A stretch of 46,077 nucleotides of DNA from Eubacteriales bacterium (GCA_045632205.1 JAZQWH010000005.1:1-46077), one strand, 5' to 3'. Counted from the first letter of the stretch, positions 1-7,062 are shown. Numbers and translations are program-made. The notes: generated by a model from the letters alone, not told the origin.

Positions 1-81
1 ACTGGCGAGTTTCGACCCATCGCCCGAACTGGCGAGTTTCGACCCATCGCCCGAACTGGCGAGTTTCGACCCATCGCCCGA
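1..81 (-). repeat. 27-bp tandem repeat, 3 exact copies of ACTGGCGAGTTTCGACCCATCGCCCGA
   Basis: Exact copies at 1-27, 28-54 and 55-81. In frame on the minus strand they encode the nonapeptide SGDGSKLAS. The same unit is found at 45874-46077. Confidence 0.97.
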
Positions 82-483
82 AAAATTAACCTTTTTTAGC
101 CAGTCTATAGAAAAACCAACCGCCGCTTTCACAAACCCGCAAAAGGTAATTTTTGCGCCGATTTTGAGCCGCGTTGTGACTTTTTTATTATTATCGCCTT
201 CGCAAGGCGCGAGCGCTTGAACTTCCGCGAACTCGTTAGGAATTGCGTCATCGTTCAACAACGGATAATGGTCAAGCACATCAAGCGGGTTTTCGCAGAA
301 GTGCATCCCCTTGTTGCACAACTGCGCTTCCGGCTCCTCGAACACGGTATTTTCGGCGTACTGCTTGCCCCGGCAGATCAGCCCCGGCTCGAAGCCCTTG
401 AAGCCGACCGCATAGACCTTTTCATCGCCGCTTTCGGCTTTTTTCGGTGCGGACGTGAAACGACCTTTTTCGTCTCTGTTCAT
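1..483 (-). CDS. N-terminal part of a repeat-containing protein (DUF7666-like domain followed by SGDGSKLAS repeats); partial, runs off the window start
   Basis: ATG at 483-481 overlaps the upstream stop (ATGA). My translation: MNRDEKGRFTSAPKK...GFKGFEPGLICRGKQYAENTVFEE..LCNKGMHFCENPLDVLDHYPLL..., then SGDGSKLAS x3. The GFKGF...C.G.QY...G.HFCENPLDV..YY pattern is what I recall for DUF7666 phage/bacterial proteins. The +strand ORF 217-519 is its shadow. Confidence 0.7.
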   Translation of the reverse strand, partial: MNRDEKGRFTSAPKKAESGDEKVYAVGFKGFEPGLICRGKQYAENTVFEEPEAQLCNKGMHFCENPLDVLDHYPLLNDDAIPNEFAEVQALAPCEGDNNKKVTTRLKIGAKITFCGFVKAAVGFSIDWLKKVNFSGDGSKLASSGDGSKLASSGDGSKLAS

Positions 484-620
484 CGTGCCGCCCTCCGCGC
501 CTTGAAGTTGGCAAGGTAGCGCGCCATATTCGGCGCGGTCGCGGTAGTCGTGGCGCGGACCAACTGTCCGCATTCGGAGACCAACCATCCGGTGTAAATC
601 TTGTTCTTCTTCATTTTCAT
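480..620 (-). CDS. Hypothetical 46-aa protein
   Basis: Hand-translated as MKMKKNKIYTGWLVSECGQLVRATTTATAPNMARYLANFKARRAAR. Its stop overlaps the next ATG (ATGA). It is below the ORF-track size cutoff. Confidence 0.4.
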   Translation of the reverse strand: MKMKKNKIYTGWLVSECGQLVRATTTATAPNMARYLANFKARRAAR

Positions 621-638
621 AGATCCATTCATCGAAAT

Positions 639-941
639 TCACGCGCCCATCGCGCGATTGAGTTCTGCGGCAAGCGTTCCGGCATACATTTCGGAATCGT
701 AGCCCTCGAAATACGCTTTGGGTACTTTCTCGCCCTTGAGTTCCGCGCGCAGATCGACCGCGATCCCCGTGCGCTTGTGGTAATCGGCAAGCCCCGCGCC
801 CGCCGCCGCCCACACCAGCGAATCCGGCAAACCGAGCGCGAACGACCGACGCACCATATCGCACGTCACCACCGTTGCACGCCGCGCGTCGGCAAGCAGT
901 TGTTTCCGCTTGTCCATCTTTATCGCGCTCATGTTCAACAT
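639..941 (-). CDS. Hypothetical protein, 100 aa (first gene of this leftward stretch)
   Basis: ORF track. GGAGG lies 10 nt upstream of the ATG. The composition looks protein-like. Confidence 0.6.
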   Translation of the reverse strand: MLNMSAIKMDKRKQLLADARRATVVTCDMVRRSFALGLPDSLVWAAAGAGLADYHKRTGIAVDLRAELKGEKVPKAYFEGYDSEMYAGTLAAELNRAMGA

Positions 942-1196
942 TTTTTCTTTGCCTCCAATTCTCCGAGATTTGCCGGGGTCGGTGCCCCGGCGTGATAACC
1001 ACCGTTTTGCATTGATTTCGATACTTTTTACGCTACATCATAGGCTCTGTCCTCCGTGCTGAAATTGACCTCTGCCCCTTTCCGGCAGACTTTCCCAAAA
1101 AAGAAGCGGCAGGGCGAAAACGGAGAAATGCGCTGGAGAACACATTTTCTCCGCTGTGGCGGCCCTTGGAAACCCCTGCCCGCCCGCGTGAACTCG

Positions 1197-1257
1197 TGCT
1201 ATATTAAGGAACGGCACATCACCGGAGGCTTTTTCCGCATTGCTGCGGAGAAAGGAG
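1197..1257 (+). promoter_or_regulatory. Extended -10 promoter (TGcTATATT, 1197-1205) plus leader with hairpin CCGCA-TTGC-TGCGG (1235-1248) and GGAG/AAAGGAGG
   Basis: TGnTATATT motif. The leader is paralogous to 1479-1539, and the hairpin shows compensatory changes between the two copies. Confidence 0.55.
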
Positions 1258-1425
1258 GTGATAAGCATAGACATCGTTTCTCTTGGAGTGATGGACAGAA
1301 ACCGAGCGATCGGCATGTATGTCCGCGAAGTGCGGGCGATAATATCGCGCCGCGTGTCCGAGGGTAAAGACGCCGCAGCCATCGCGCGGGAAGTCTTGCC
1401 ACTTCTGCGCGAGATCGTGCTTTAG
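1258..1425 (+). CDS. Small helical protein, paralog A (about 55 aa; start uncertain: GTG 1258 or later)
   Basis: In-frame sequence ..ISIDIVSLGVMDRNRAIGMYVREVRAIISRRVSEGKDAAAIAREVLPLLREIVL. It shares the pattern LG.M...RAI-x19-DAAAI...V.PL with ORF 1540-1725 although the nucleotides have diverged. Confidence 0.6.
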   Translation: MISIDIVSLGVMDRNRAIGMYVREVRAIISRRVSEGKDAAAIAREVLPLLREIVL

Positions 1426-1478
1426 AAATCTTTGCCGTAGAACATTGGCCTACCCCTCCGGTGATGTTCCGTTTTCGA

Positions 1479-1539
1479 TGCTATATTAAAGACGCGGCGC
1501 ACTACCGGAGCCTTGACCGTCGCAGGACGGAGAAAGGAG
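1479..1539 (+). promoter_or_regulatory. Second extended -10 promoter (TGcTATATT, 1479-1487) plus leader with hairpin CCGTC-GCAG-GACGG (1517-1530)
   Basis: Duplicate of the 1197-1257 cassette. Same -10, same CGGAGAAAGGAGGTG ribosome-site block. Confidence 0.55.
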
Positions 1540-1725
1540 GTGGTGCTTATAAGTGATGTTGACCTCGGACTAATGTCATACGACCGGGCGATCCGCGTGT
1601 TGTCGCGCGAACTGCTCTCGGTCGTGGCGTTGAGTTTGTCGAACGGCATGGACGCGGCGGCGATCATGGACAAGGTAGCACCCTTGATTTCCCTGATCGA
1701 CGATTGCGACGCCATGCTTCGATAA
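1540..1725 (+). CDS. Small helical protein, paralog B (about 61 aa; start uncertain)
   Basis: ..LISDVDLGLMSYDRAIRVLSRELLSVVALSLSNGMDAAAIMDKVAPLISLIDDCDAMLR. Paralog of 1258-1425. Confidence 0.6.
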   Translation: MVLISDVDLGLMSYDRAIRVLSRELLSVVALSLSNGMDAAAIMDKVAPLISLIDDCDAMLR

Positions 1726-1759
1726 CTCATCTTCACCTTAATCCCCGGCAGTGCGCCGC

Positions 1760-1936
1760 TTATTTGTCTTGCTTTTTTATTCCATCGGCAACTGCTTGGA
1801 CGCCAGCCTCTATCACTTTATAGGCGAATGCCGATCGTGTAAATTCAGTTTGTTTAAGGACTTCGGAGAAGCGAGCGCGCAGCACTCCGTTTTCATCGGG
1901 AATTGCGGGTCTAAATACCGTAGTTTTCTTTTTCAA
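1760..1936 (-). CDS. Ribbon-helix-helix (Arc/MetJ/CopG-like) small DNA-binding protein, 58 aa, TTG start
   Basis: Hand-translated after GGAGGTG-aatt-TTG as (M)KKKTTVFRPAIPDENGVLRARFSEVLKQTEFTRSAFAYKVIEAGVQAVADGIKKQDK. It shows a beta-strand then two helices, as in RHH repressors. Not in the ORF track (below 60 aa). Confidence 0.6.
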   Translation of the reverse strand: MKKKTTVFRPAIPDENGVLRARFSEVLKQTEFTRSAFAYKVIEAGVQAVADGIKKQDK

Positions 1937-1976
1937 AATTCACCTCCATTGGGATTTTCCCCATCAACCAATGCTT

Positions 1977-2004
1977 AATATAATCCTATTTTATGATGTG
2001 TCAA
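1977..2004 (-). promoter_or_regulatory. Near-consensus sigma70-type promoter for the RHH gene: TTGACA (2004-1999), 16-nt spacer, TATATT (1982-1977)
   Basis: Read on the minus strand. ATCCT/GTCCT half-sites lie within and next to it. Confidence 0.6.
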
Positions 2005-2013
2005 GTCCTAATT

Positions 2014-2052
2014 TTGAAAAAAATAAGGATTTTTTTAGGATTTTTTAAGGAC
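2014..2052 (+). promoter_or_regulatory. Candidate rightward promoter (TTGAAA 2014-2019, 16 nt, TAGGAT 2036-2041) overlapped by three AGGA(T/C) direct repeats at exact 11-bp spacing (2026, 2037, 2048)
   Basis: Direct repeats AGGATTTTTTT, AGGATTTTTTA and AGGAC. Inverted copies ATCCT at 1983 and GTCCT at 2005 sit 22 bp apart. Confidence 0.45.
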
Positions 2053-2106
2053 AGGGGGTGAAAAATGCGGATTTCGGGGATATTTTATACAGCAAGGAGG
2101 CTAATC

Positions 2107-2541
2107 ATGGATAAAATTGCAGAAAAACTATTTACATACATGCATGTCAACGGAATAACCCAAAGAGACGCCGCGACGATGCTGGGAGTGGATCGCAACA
2201 CACTAACCAACTGGCGCAATGGAGGAGTTGTAGGTGCAAAAAGCGTTCGCGCCATTCAAGAACTCACGCGAGATTTTGTCAAAGAACAGCACGAAACTTC
2301 TATTGGAAAGATTGATGAAGTAACCGCTTGCTTGCTTAAAACCATTATACAGTTGCCCCTCGTAGATCGTTGCCGCTTGCTTGCGATTGCCGATGATATG
2401 AAAAATGGTGCAAATTCTTCCGCAATCCCGAAGAAAATATTGCATTGCCCTGCTTGCGGGGTAGACCTTCCCGATACTTGGAAAGTCGGAGACAAACACG
2501 AATGTCCGAAGTGTGGACAACATATAAAACTGGTTCCGTAG
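2107..2541 (+). CDS. Repressor-like HTH (XRE-type) protein with C-terminal zinc ribbon, no S24 peptidase domain
   Basis: AAGGAGG lies 6 nt before ATG 2107 (the ORF track starts at 2065). HTH segment ITQRDAATMLGVDRNTLTNWRNG. C-terminus HCPACG...ECPKCG. Divergent from the RHH gene. Confidence 0.8.
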   Translation: MDKIAEKLFTYMHVNGITQRDAATMLGVDRNTLTNWRNGGVVGAKSVRAIQELTRDFVKEQHETSIGKIDEVTACLLKTIIQLPLVDRCRLLAIADDMKNGANSSAIPKKILHCPACGVDLPDTWKVGDKHECPKCGQHIKLVP

Positions 2542-2542
2542 C

Positions 2543-4630
2543 ATGACTGATTACGAAACAATCTATGTCAGCATTGGCGAGCGCGATCTTCCGCTAACTC
2601 AATATACGCACCGCGAGCCGGACATGGAGCCGCGCATTCACGCTCCGCTTGCCGACCTCCACACGCATTATGAGATTGTCGAAAAGTTTGCCGAGGGCGG
2701 CTTTTCCACCGTCTACGTCGCACAGGATAAAAACCTCCGGCGCTTCGTCGCGGTCAAGTCCCTGCGCCCGGAGGTCACCGCGACCGACTCTTTCATATCC
2801 GAAGCCAAGACCATCGCCCAACTCGACCACCCGGCGATATTGCCGATTTACGGACTTGCCGGAGACGAACACAACGGGCTGCACCTTTGCATGAAACTCG
2901 TGAACGGTCGCACCCTGCGCCATCGTCTGCGCCATATCGTAAGTTCGGGCAAAGACAGCGACGCGGCGATCCGCGAACGACTGGACATTTTCTTGCGAGT
3001 TTGCGATGCTGTTTCCTACGCGCATGCGCGCAACATTATTCATGGCGACCTCAAACCCGAAAACATCGTGGTCGGTGAATACGGCGAAGTCTATGTTGTG
3101 GATTGGGGCTTGGCAAAAAAGGTCGCGCCCGATGGCGCATGCGCCGATGTAAAGATCGTCGGTACGCCGCGCTATTTCGCGCCCGAAACTCTGCGCGACG
3201 GCATTTGCGGGAATTTCTCTGAGGTATTCACTCTCGGGCTTATTTTGGAAGAAATAACCACCCTGCGCCTCGCGGTCAACGAAAACGGCGAAGCCGCGCC
3301 CGCGCCGGAGGTGCTGAGACATCTTTTCGGACATCGCATCGACGCTCCGCTTGCCGCAATCATCCGCAAAGCAACCGCCGCCGACCCCGGCGACCGATAC
3401 GATACGACCGCCGACCTTGCCGACGATCTCCGTTGTTACCTCGCGGGAGTGGCGGTCTCCGCGCTCCCGGATAATCTTTTTTCGCGTTTTGCCCGCATTT
3501 GCTGTCGCCGCCGGAAAGAGTGTGTTGCCGGGGCGTTGGCGGTGCTGCTGGTGTTCGCCGCTATCACCGCCGCCGCGATCTTCCGGCAACTACAAATATC
3601 GCGGGAAATGCACGAGCGAAGCCGCGCGTTCAATTACTTGAACGACCGCACCGCGACGGTCGCGGCGCACCTTGACTTGACCGCATTACAGATTCAGGAG
3701 CAATTGCTCGCCCTTGCGCGTATCTGCGCGTATCTGCTTGATTCCAATACCACGCCGCCCGCCGACGCATGGCAAGCGGCGTTCCGCCCGTCTCTCTCCG
3801 AAATCGGCAAATCCGAAAACGGCATGATCTATTCTCCGTATTATAAGCGGTTGACCGCGATGGATTACGGAATTTACCAGTTTGCGCCCGATGCCGACCG
3901 CGCGCGGTGTATCGACTTCATGCGGCGCACCTCTCCCGCGCTGCGTAAAATGCGAAACATCGTCCTCGGCAGCATGTCCGGGTACAATTTCGTCCCCGGC
4001 GAGTTCGAGCGGTTGAAGATGGCGTATCTTTACAACGGCTTTCCTGTGCGTTCCGTGTTTGTCGGTACGGTTGACGGGTTGAAGTTGCTCTATCCGTGGC
4101 GTGGCAACTATCCGCGCACCGTTGACCCTCGCAAGCGCGACTGGTACAAACTGGCGCGCCTCCGCCGCGCTCCGGTGTGGGGCAAGCCGTACATGGACTT
4201 CGACTCGGTTTCCGGGCTGTCAATCCCCTGCTCCGTCCCGATCATCGACTTTCAGGATAACTTCCGGGGCGCTGTCGGACTTGACCTCTCGCTAAATAAA
4301 CTGACGGAGCGCATTTTGAGCCGGGGCAACGTGGGCGACTATGTGATCGAAAAAGCGGTAATCAGCCGCGCCGGGGAGACGGTCTTTTCGTCGAAGTCAA
4401 AGTATTTCAACGCGAAATTCGATCCCGAAAAGTTCCACCGCGATACCGAGTTCAAAACTCCGATGTTTTCCACTCCCGAAGTGCGCGACCGCATTTTGAA
4501 AAGCGGCAGGGAGTACGGAACTTTCATTGTCGGCAAGGAGATTTATTCATTCGCGGTACTGGAAGTTTTCGACGCGGTTTTCGTGGTAGTCGCTGACTAC
4601 GACAAACTTAAACAACATATCAGGAAGTAA
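2543..4630 (+). CDS. Membrane Hanks-type Ser/Thr protein kinase with one TM helix and a C-terminal extracytoplasmic Cache-like sensor domain
   Basis: Kinase motifs EGGFSTVYVA, VAVKSL, HGDLKPENIVV, DWGLAK and GTPRYFAPE. TM helix at about aa 327-347 (VAGALAVLLVFAAITAAAIF). Ectodomain carries RDWYKLA..WGKPYMDFDSVSGLSIPCSVPI, the Cache/PDC signature. The ATG lies 1 nt after the upstream stop. Confidence 0.88.
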   Translation: MTDYETIYVSIGERDLPLTQYTHREPDMEPRIHAPLADLHTHYEIVEKFAEGGFSTVYVAQDKNLRRFVAVKSLRPEVTATDSFISEAKTIAQLDHPAILPIYGLAGDEHNGLHLCMKLVNGRTLRHRLRHIVSSGKDSDAAIRERLDIFLRVCDAVSYAHARNIIHGDLKPENIVVGEYGEVYVVDWGLAKKVAPDGACADVKIVGTPRYFAPETLRDGICGNFSEVFTLGLILEEITTLRLAVNENGEAAPAPEVLRHLFGHRIDAPLAAIIRKATAADPGDRYDTTADLADDLRCYLAGVAVSALPDNLFSRFARICCRRRKECVAGALAVLLVFAAITAAAIFRQLQISREMHERSRAFNYLNDRTATVAAHLDLTALQIQEQLLALARICAYLLDSNTTPPADAWQAAFRPSLSEIGKSENGMIYSPYYKRLTAMDYGIYQFAPDADRARCIDFMRRTSPALRKMRNIVLGSMSGYNFVPGEFERLKMAYLYNGFPVRSVFVGTVDGLKLLYPWRGNYPRTVDPRKRDWYKLARLRRAPVWGKPYMDFDSVSGLSIPCSVPIIDFQDNFRGAVGLDLSLNKLTERILSRGNVGDYVIEKAVISRAGETVFSSKSKYFNAKFDPEKFHRDTEFKTPMFSTPEVRDRILKSGREYGTFIVGKEIYSFAVLEVFDAVFVVVADYDKLKQHIRK

Positions 4631-4649
4631 AGAGTGGAGGTAAGAAAAA

Positions 4650-4934
4650 ATGGAAAACGATACTACGAAGTCCGCAATCAAAACCGTTCCCTGCCGCTTC
4701 TGCGGATGGATGGTTTCTCCTCGCGCAAAGGTCTGTCCTCATTGTGGCGATCCTATAAACTGCGGAAACGGGCGACATGCATTTACGGTAGGAATTGCCG
4801 GGATTATCGTTTTCCCGATGATTATACTTTGCGCGCTTCTGTTTTTGGGCGCTATAGCCTCGGGACAAAGCGATAAATTCTTTCATGCACTGGTCGTGTT
4901 TTTGCTTGCGCTCTCTATTTTCGGGAGAAGATAA
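4650..4934 (+). CDS. Zinc-ribbon membrane protein (CxxC..CxxC N-terminus, two predicted TM helices)
   Basis: CRFCG...CPHCG followed by FTVGIAGIIVFPMIILCALLFLGAI and FFHALVVFLLALSIF. GGAGG lies 9 nt upstream. Confidence 0.7.
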   Translation: MENDTTKSAIKTVPCRFCGWMVSPRAKVCPHCGDPINCGNGRHAFTVGIAGIIVFPMIILCALLFLGAIASGQSDKFFHALVVFLLALSIFGRR

Positions 4935-5018
4935 ATGAAAGATTTTTATATTGCCGTCATTGCAGTATCTTGTTTTTTGGCAAGACAAGATCAAAAACCT
5001 GTAAAACAAAGATGCTAA
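4935..5018 (+). CDS. 27-codon micro-ORF (MKDFYIAVIAVSCFLARQDQKPVKQRC): hydrophobic N-terminus, charged C-terminus
   Basis: Hand-translated. The ATG directly abuts the upstream TAA. GGGAG lies 7 nt upstream. The stop is 2 nt before the next ATG. Not in the ORF track. Confidence 0.4.
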   Translation: MKDFYIAVIAVSCFLARQDQKPVKQRC

Positions 5019-5020
5019 AA

Positions 5021-5722
5021 ATGAAAAAACTATTAATATTTGCGTTGCTGTTGTCCATATCTGTACTGCCTGTCATGGCAAAAGATGCAGTAGTTTCATC
5101 TGAAAAAATTGAGAAATTTAAGTCGCTGGTTGTCGCGAAACGCTACAAAGAAGCATTAAAAATGCTGGAAAATCTGCGTTCTATTAAAGAGTTTTTTGCT
5201 TATAATGAAAGTATATTACAAGTAAAAAAAGACAAGTGGTTTTCAGATGCCTTAACCAAAAAATTTTCGGCAACAAAAGCAAAAGAAGCGGAAGAAATCA
5301 TTAGTAAGTTGCCAATGGGAAATAATTTAGATGAATTAAACTCTCGCCATGATGGATTTGAAAATCGCTTGGATCGAGGAACCATATATAATTATAGCGG
5401 ATCAACGGATTATTTCTATTTCTTTGAGGTGATACAAGTAGTGGATCAGCGCAGGATATTAGTTGCTCGACGGTTGATGAATGAATCCATGTTGGAATGG
5501 GCGCGCCCCGTAGTGTTGTCTGTTTTGCATAAAAAAGGTACTGAATATTACCCCGGACAAAGACTTGAAAGCGGGAAGTATGTTTGTTGGGGGACTATAA
5601 CTTATCAAACTGTTGATGGTCGCAAGAATACTATTTACCATTTACTGGATATGGAAAGTTTTAAAGATGTTGCCCCATTTGCCGTGAATTATTATTGGGC
5701 GGATAAAGAAAAAAAAGAATAA
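5021..5722 (+). CDS. Secreted protein of unknown function (signal peptide MKKLLIFALLLSISVLPVMA/KD), low-GC moron
   Basis: Classical Sec signal peptide. The region 4935-5722 is visibly AT-rich compared with its flanks. An alternative ATG lies at 5012. Confidence 0.7.
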   Translation: MKKLLIFALLLSISVLPVMAKDAVVSSEKIEKFKSLVVAKRYKEALKMLENLRSIKEFFAYNESILQVKKDKWFSDALTKKFSATKAKEAEEIISKLPMGNNLDELNSRHDGFENRLDRGTIYNYSGSTDYFYFFEVIQVVDQRRILVARRLMNESMLEWARPVVLSVLHKKGTEYYPGQRLESGKYVCWGTITYQTVDGRKNTIYHLLDMESFKDVAPFAVNYYWADKEKKE

Positions 5723-5726
5723 AGAA

Positions 5727-6839
5727 ATGGCGCTCCGCAAGATAAAACTCGGCTATTACATCCACTACCGCGACGAACAGGGGCGGCAGCGCACGATGTC
5801 GCTGCATACCCGCGATCCGAAGATCGCGCGGAAAGTCCACGATGACTTCATGGCGAAACTCTCCGCCGCCAAGACCACCTACAAACTTTTGGAGCGCCAC
5901 GGTAGTTTGTTCCCCGAGGCGGCGGCGCAAGCCATGTTGGAGGAAAGCCCCGTCCCGGAATACCATCCGCGCGAGGAAAAGCGCCTCCGCCTCGATGAAA
6001 TGATCGAGGTGGCACGCCAGCACCGCGAACTCTCCAAAGACCACATGGACACTTTCGCCCGGTTCTGCACCGCCGTAGCGCCGCTGAAATACGCCAAAGA
6101 GATAACCCCGGAAGTCGCGCTGGACTTCCTCGACGCGCGCTACGGCGGCGGGAACGGCAAGACTTACAACAACGTGCTGACGCAACTTAACGTGATCTTC
6201 AAATCGTGCCTTGTCCGCGCGCACATGGACACGTCACCGTTCGCCTCCATCCCCCGGCGCATTGTCCGAAAAGTCGAACACTTCCGACCGCTGACACCTG
6301 ACGAGTTCCGCGCTGTCTTTGCCGCCGCCGCCGAGCCGTGGAAAACCGCCGCCCTGATCTCTTGGCATACCGCGCTCCGACGCGAAACGTGCTTTCGCCT
6401 TTCTTGGTCGCACATCGACGAAGCCGACCATTCGTTTACCATCATGCCGGGGAAAACGGCGCGTTTCGGGCGCGCTGTGTACGTGCCGATCCACCCGGAG
6501 TTATGGCAACACCTGATTGCGCTGCCGCGCCCCGCAGACCCCTCAAAACCGATTTTAAGCCAATGGCCGCAACACGTCCGCTACGGGGGCAACAAGGAAC
6601 TTGAATATTTTTCGGGACTGCTCCGCGCTCTGGACATCCGCGACACGTCCGAGGGGAAAGCGGGGTTTCACTCGCTCCGGGCGTCGTTCGTCACCCGCTG
6701 CGACGAGGCGGGGATTTCCCGTCGCGCGACAAAGGGGATCGCCGGACACACCGCCGATGACATGACCGACCTTTACAGCCATGACCGCGCGACCGCGCGG
6801 CAAATCCTGACCCTCCCGAACGTGCTGGATACCCCCTAA
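5727..6839 (+). CDS. int: Tyrosine recombinase / phage integrase
   Basis: C-terminal catalytic pattern: ..WHTALRRET.., HSLRASFVT, GIAGHTADDMTDLYSHD (R..HxxR..H..Y). Adjacent to a tRNA fragment. Confidence 0.92.
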   Translation: MALRKIKLGYYIHYRDEQGRQRTMSLHTRDPKIARKVHDDFMAKLSAAKTTYKLLERHGSLFPEAAAQAMLEESPVPEYHPREEKRLRLDEMIEVARQHRELSKDHMDTFARFCTAVAPLKYAKEITPEVALDFLDARYGGGNGKTYNNVLTQLNVIFKSCLVRAHMDTSPFASIPRRIVRKVEHFRPLTPDEFRAVFAAAAEPWKTAALISWHTALRRETCFRLSWSHIDEADHSFTIMPGKTARFGRAVYVPIHPELWQHLIALPRPADPSKPILSQWPQHVRYGGNKELEYFSGLLRALDIRDTSEGKAGFHSLRASFVTRCDEAGISRRATKGIAGHTADDMTDLYSHDRATARQILTLPNVLDTP

Positions 6840-6885
6840 AATCCGTGTGTAAACTTGGTGTAACCTCCGCTTTTTGAGCGTGGTT

Positions 6886-6935
6886 CTTGGGTTTTCATCC
6901 CGGCAACACGGGTTCGAATCCCGTTGGAGATGCCA
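6886..6935 (+). other. tRNA 3' portion (anticodon arm to CCA; UUC loop if folded, Glu-like), candidate attP core
   Basis: T arm ACGGG-TTCGAAT-CCCGT, then acceptor 3' strand TGGAGAT, G, CCA (6908-6935). Anticodon stem-loop TTGGG-TTTTCAT-CCCGG. The 5' side does not give a proper D arm or acceptor stem. Confidence 0.6.
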
Positions 6936-7062
6936 ATTTTTTTGCCCTCATTTTCCTACCGTTTAACGTGTTGCACCTCAAGCCGCTTTTTGCCGCACGT
7001 GCCGACATTCGCCCGTTTTTTGCCCGATTTTGAGGCTAATTGTGTGTAACCCTCGGTGTAAC

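Noticed and set aside
1-81. Terminal 27-bp repeats considered as a CRISPR array or as phage direct terminal repeats / cos ends.
   Set aside because: The units are contiguous with no spacers. They are in frame with flanking coding sequence on the minus strand and encode a regular nonapeptide. They fit better as an intragenic tandem repeat where the circular assembly was opened.
217-519. +strand 100-aa ORF near the window start.
   Set aside because: It is the shadow of the minus-strand DUF7666-like gene, whose translation shows a conserved-looking domain and runs in frame into the repeats.
1038-1736. Minus-strand ORFs 1038-1382, 1199-1402 and 1422-1736, considered as possible early genes downstream of the RHH gene.
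   Set aside because: Their translations are Ser/Arg-rich and not protein-like. The + strand small ORFs are conserved as paralogs at protein level and have promoters and ribosome sites.
2065-2106. Earlier ATG (2065) for the HTH/zinc-ribbon gene.
   Set aside because: ATG 2107 has a much better AAGGAGG site at 6-nt spacing. The 14 extra residues (MRISGIFYTARRLI) would overlap the operator/promoter region. It is kept only as an alternative.
6862-6935. An intact 73-74-nt tRNA gene.
   Set aside because: Only the anticodon arm, T arm and 3' acceptor strand fold. The 5' segment gives a C-A mismatch in the acceptor stem and is too short for a D arm. It was treated as a tRNA 3' fragment (att core). 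A tRNA predictor should confirm.
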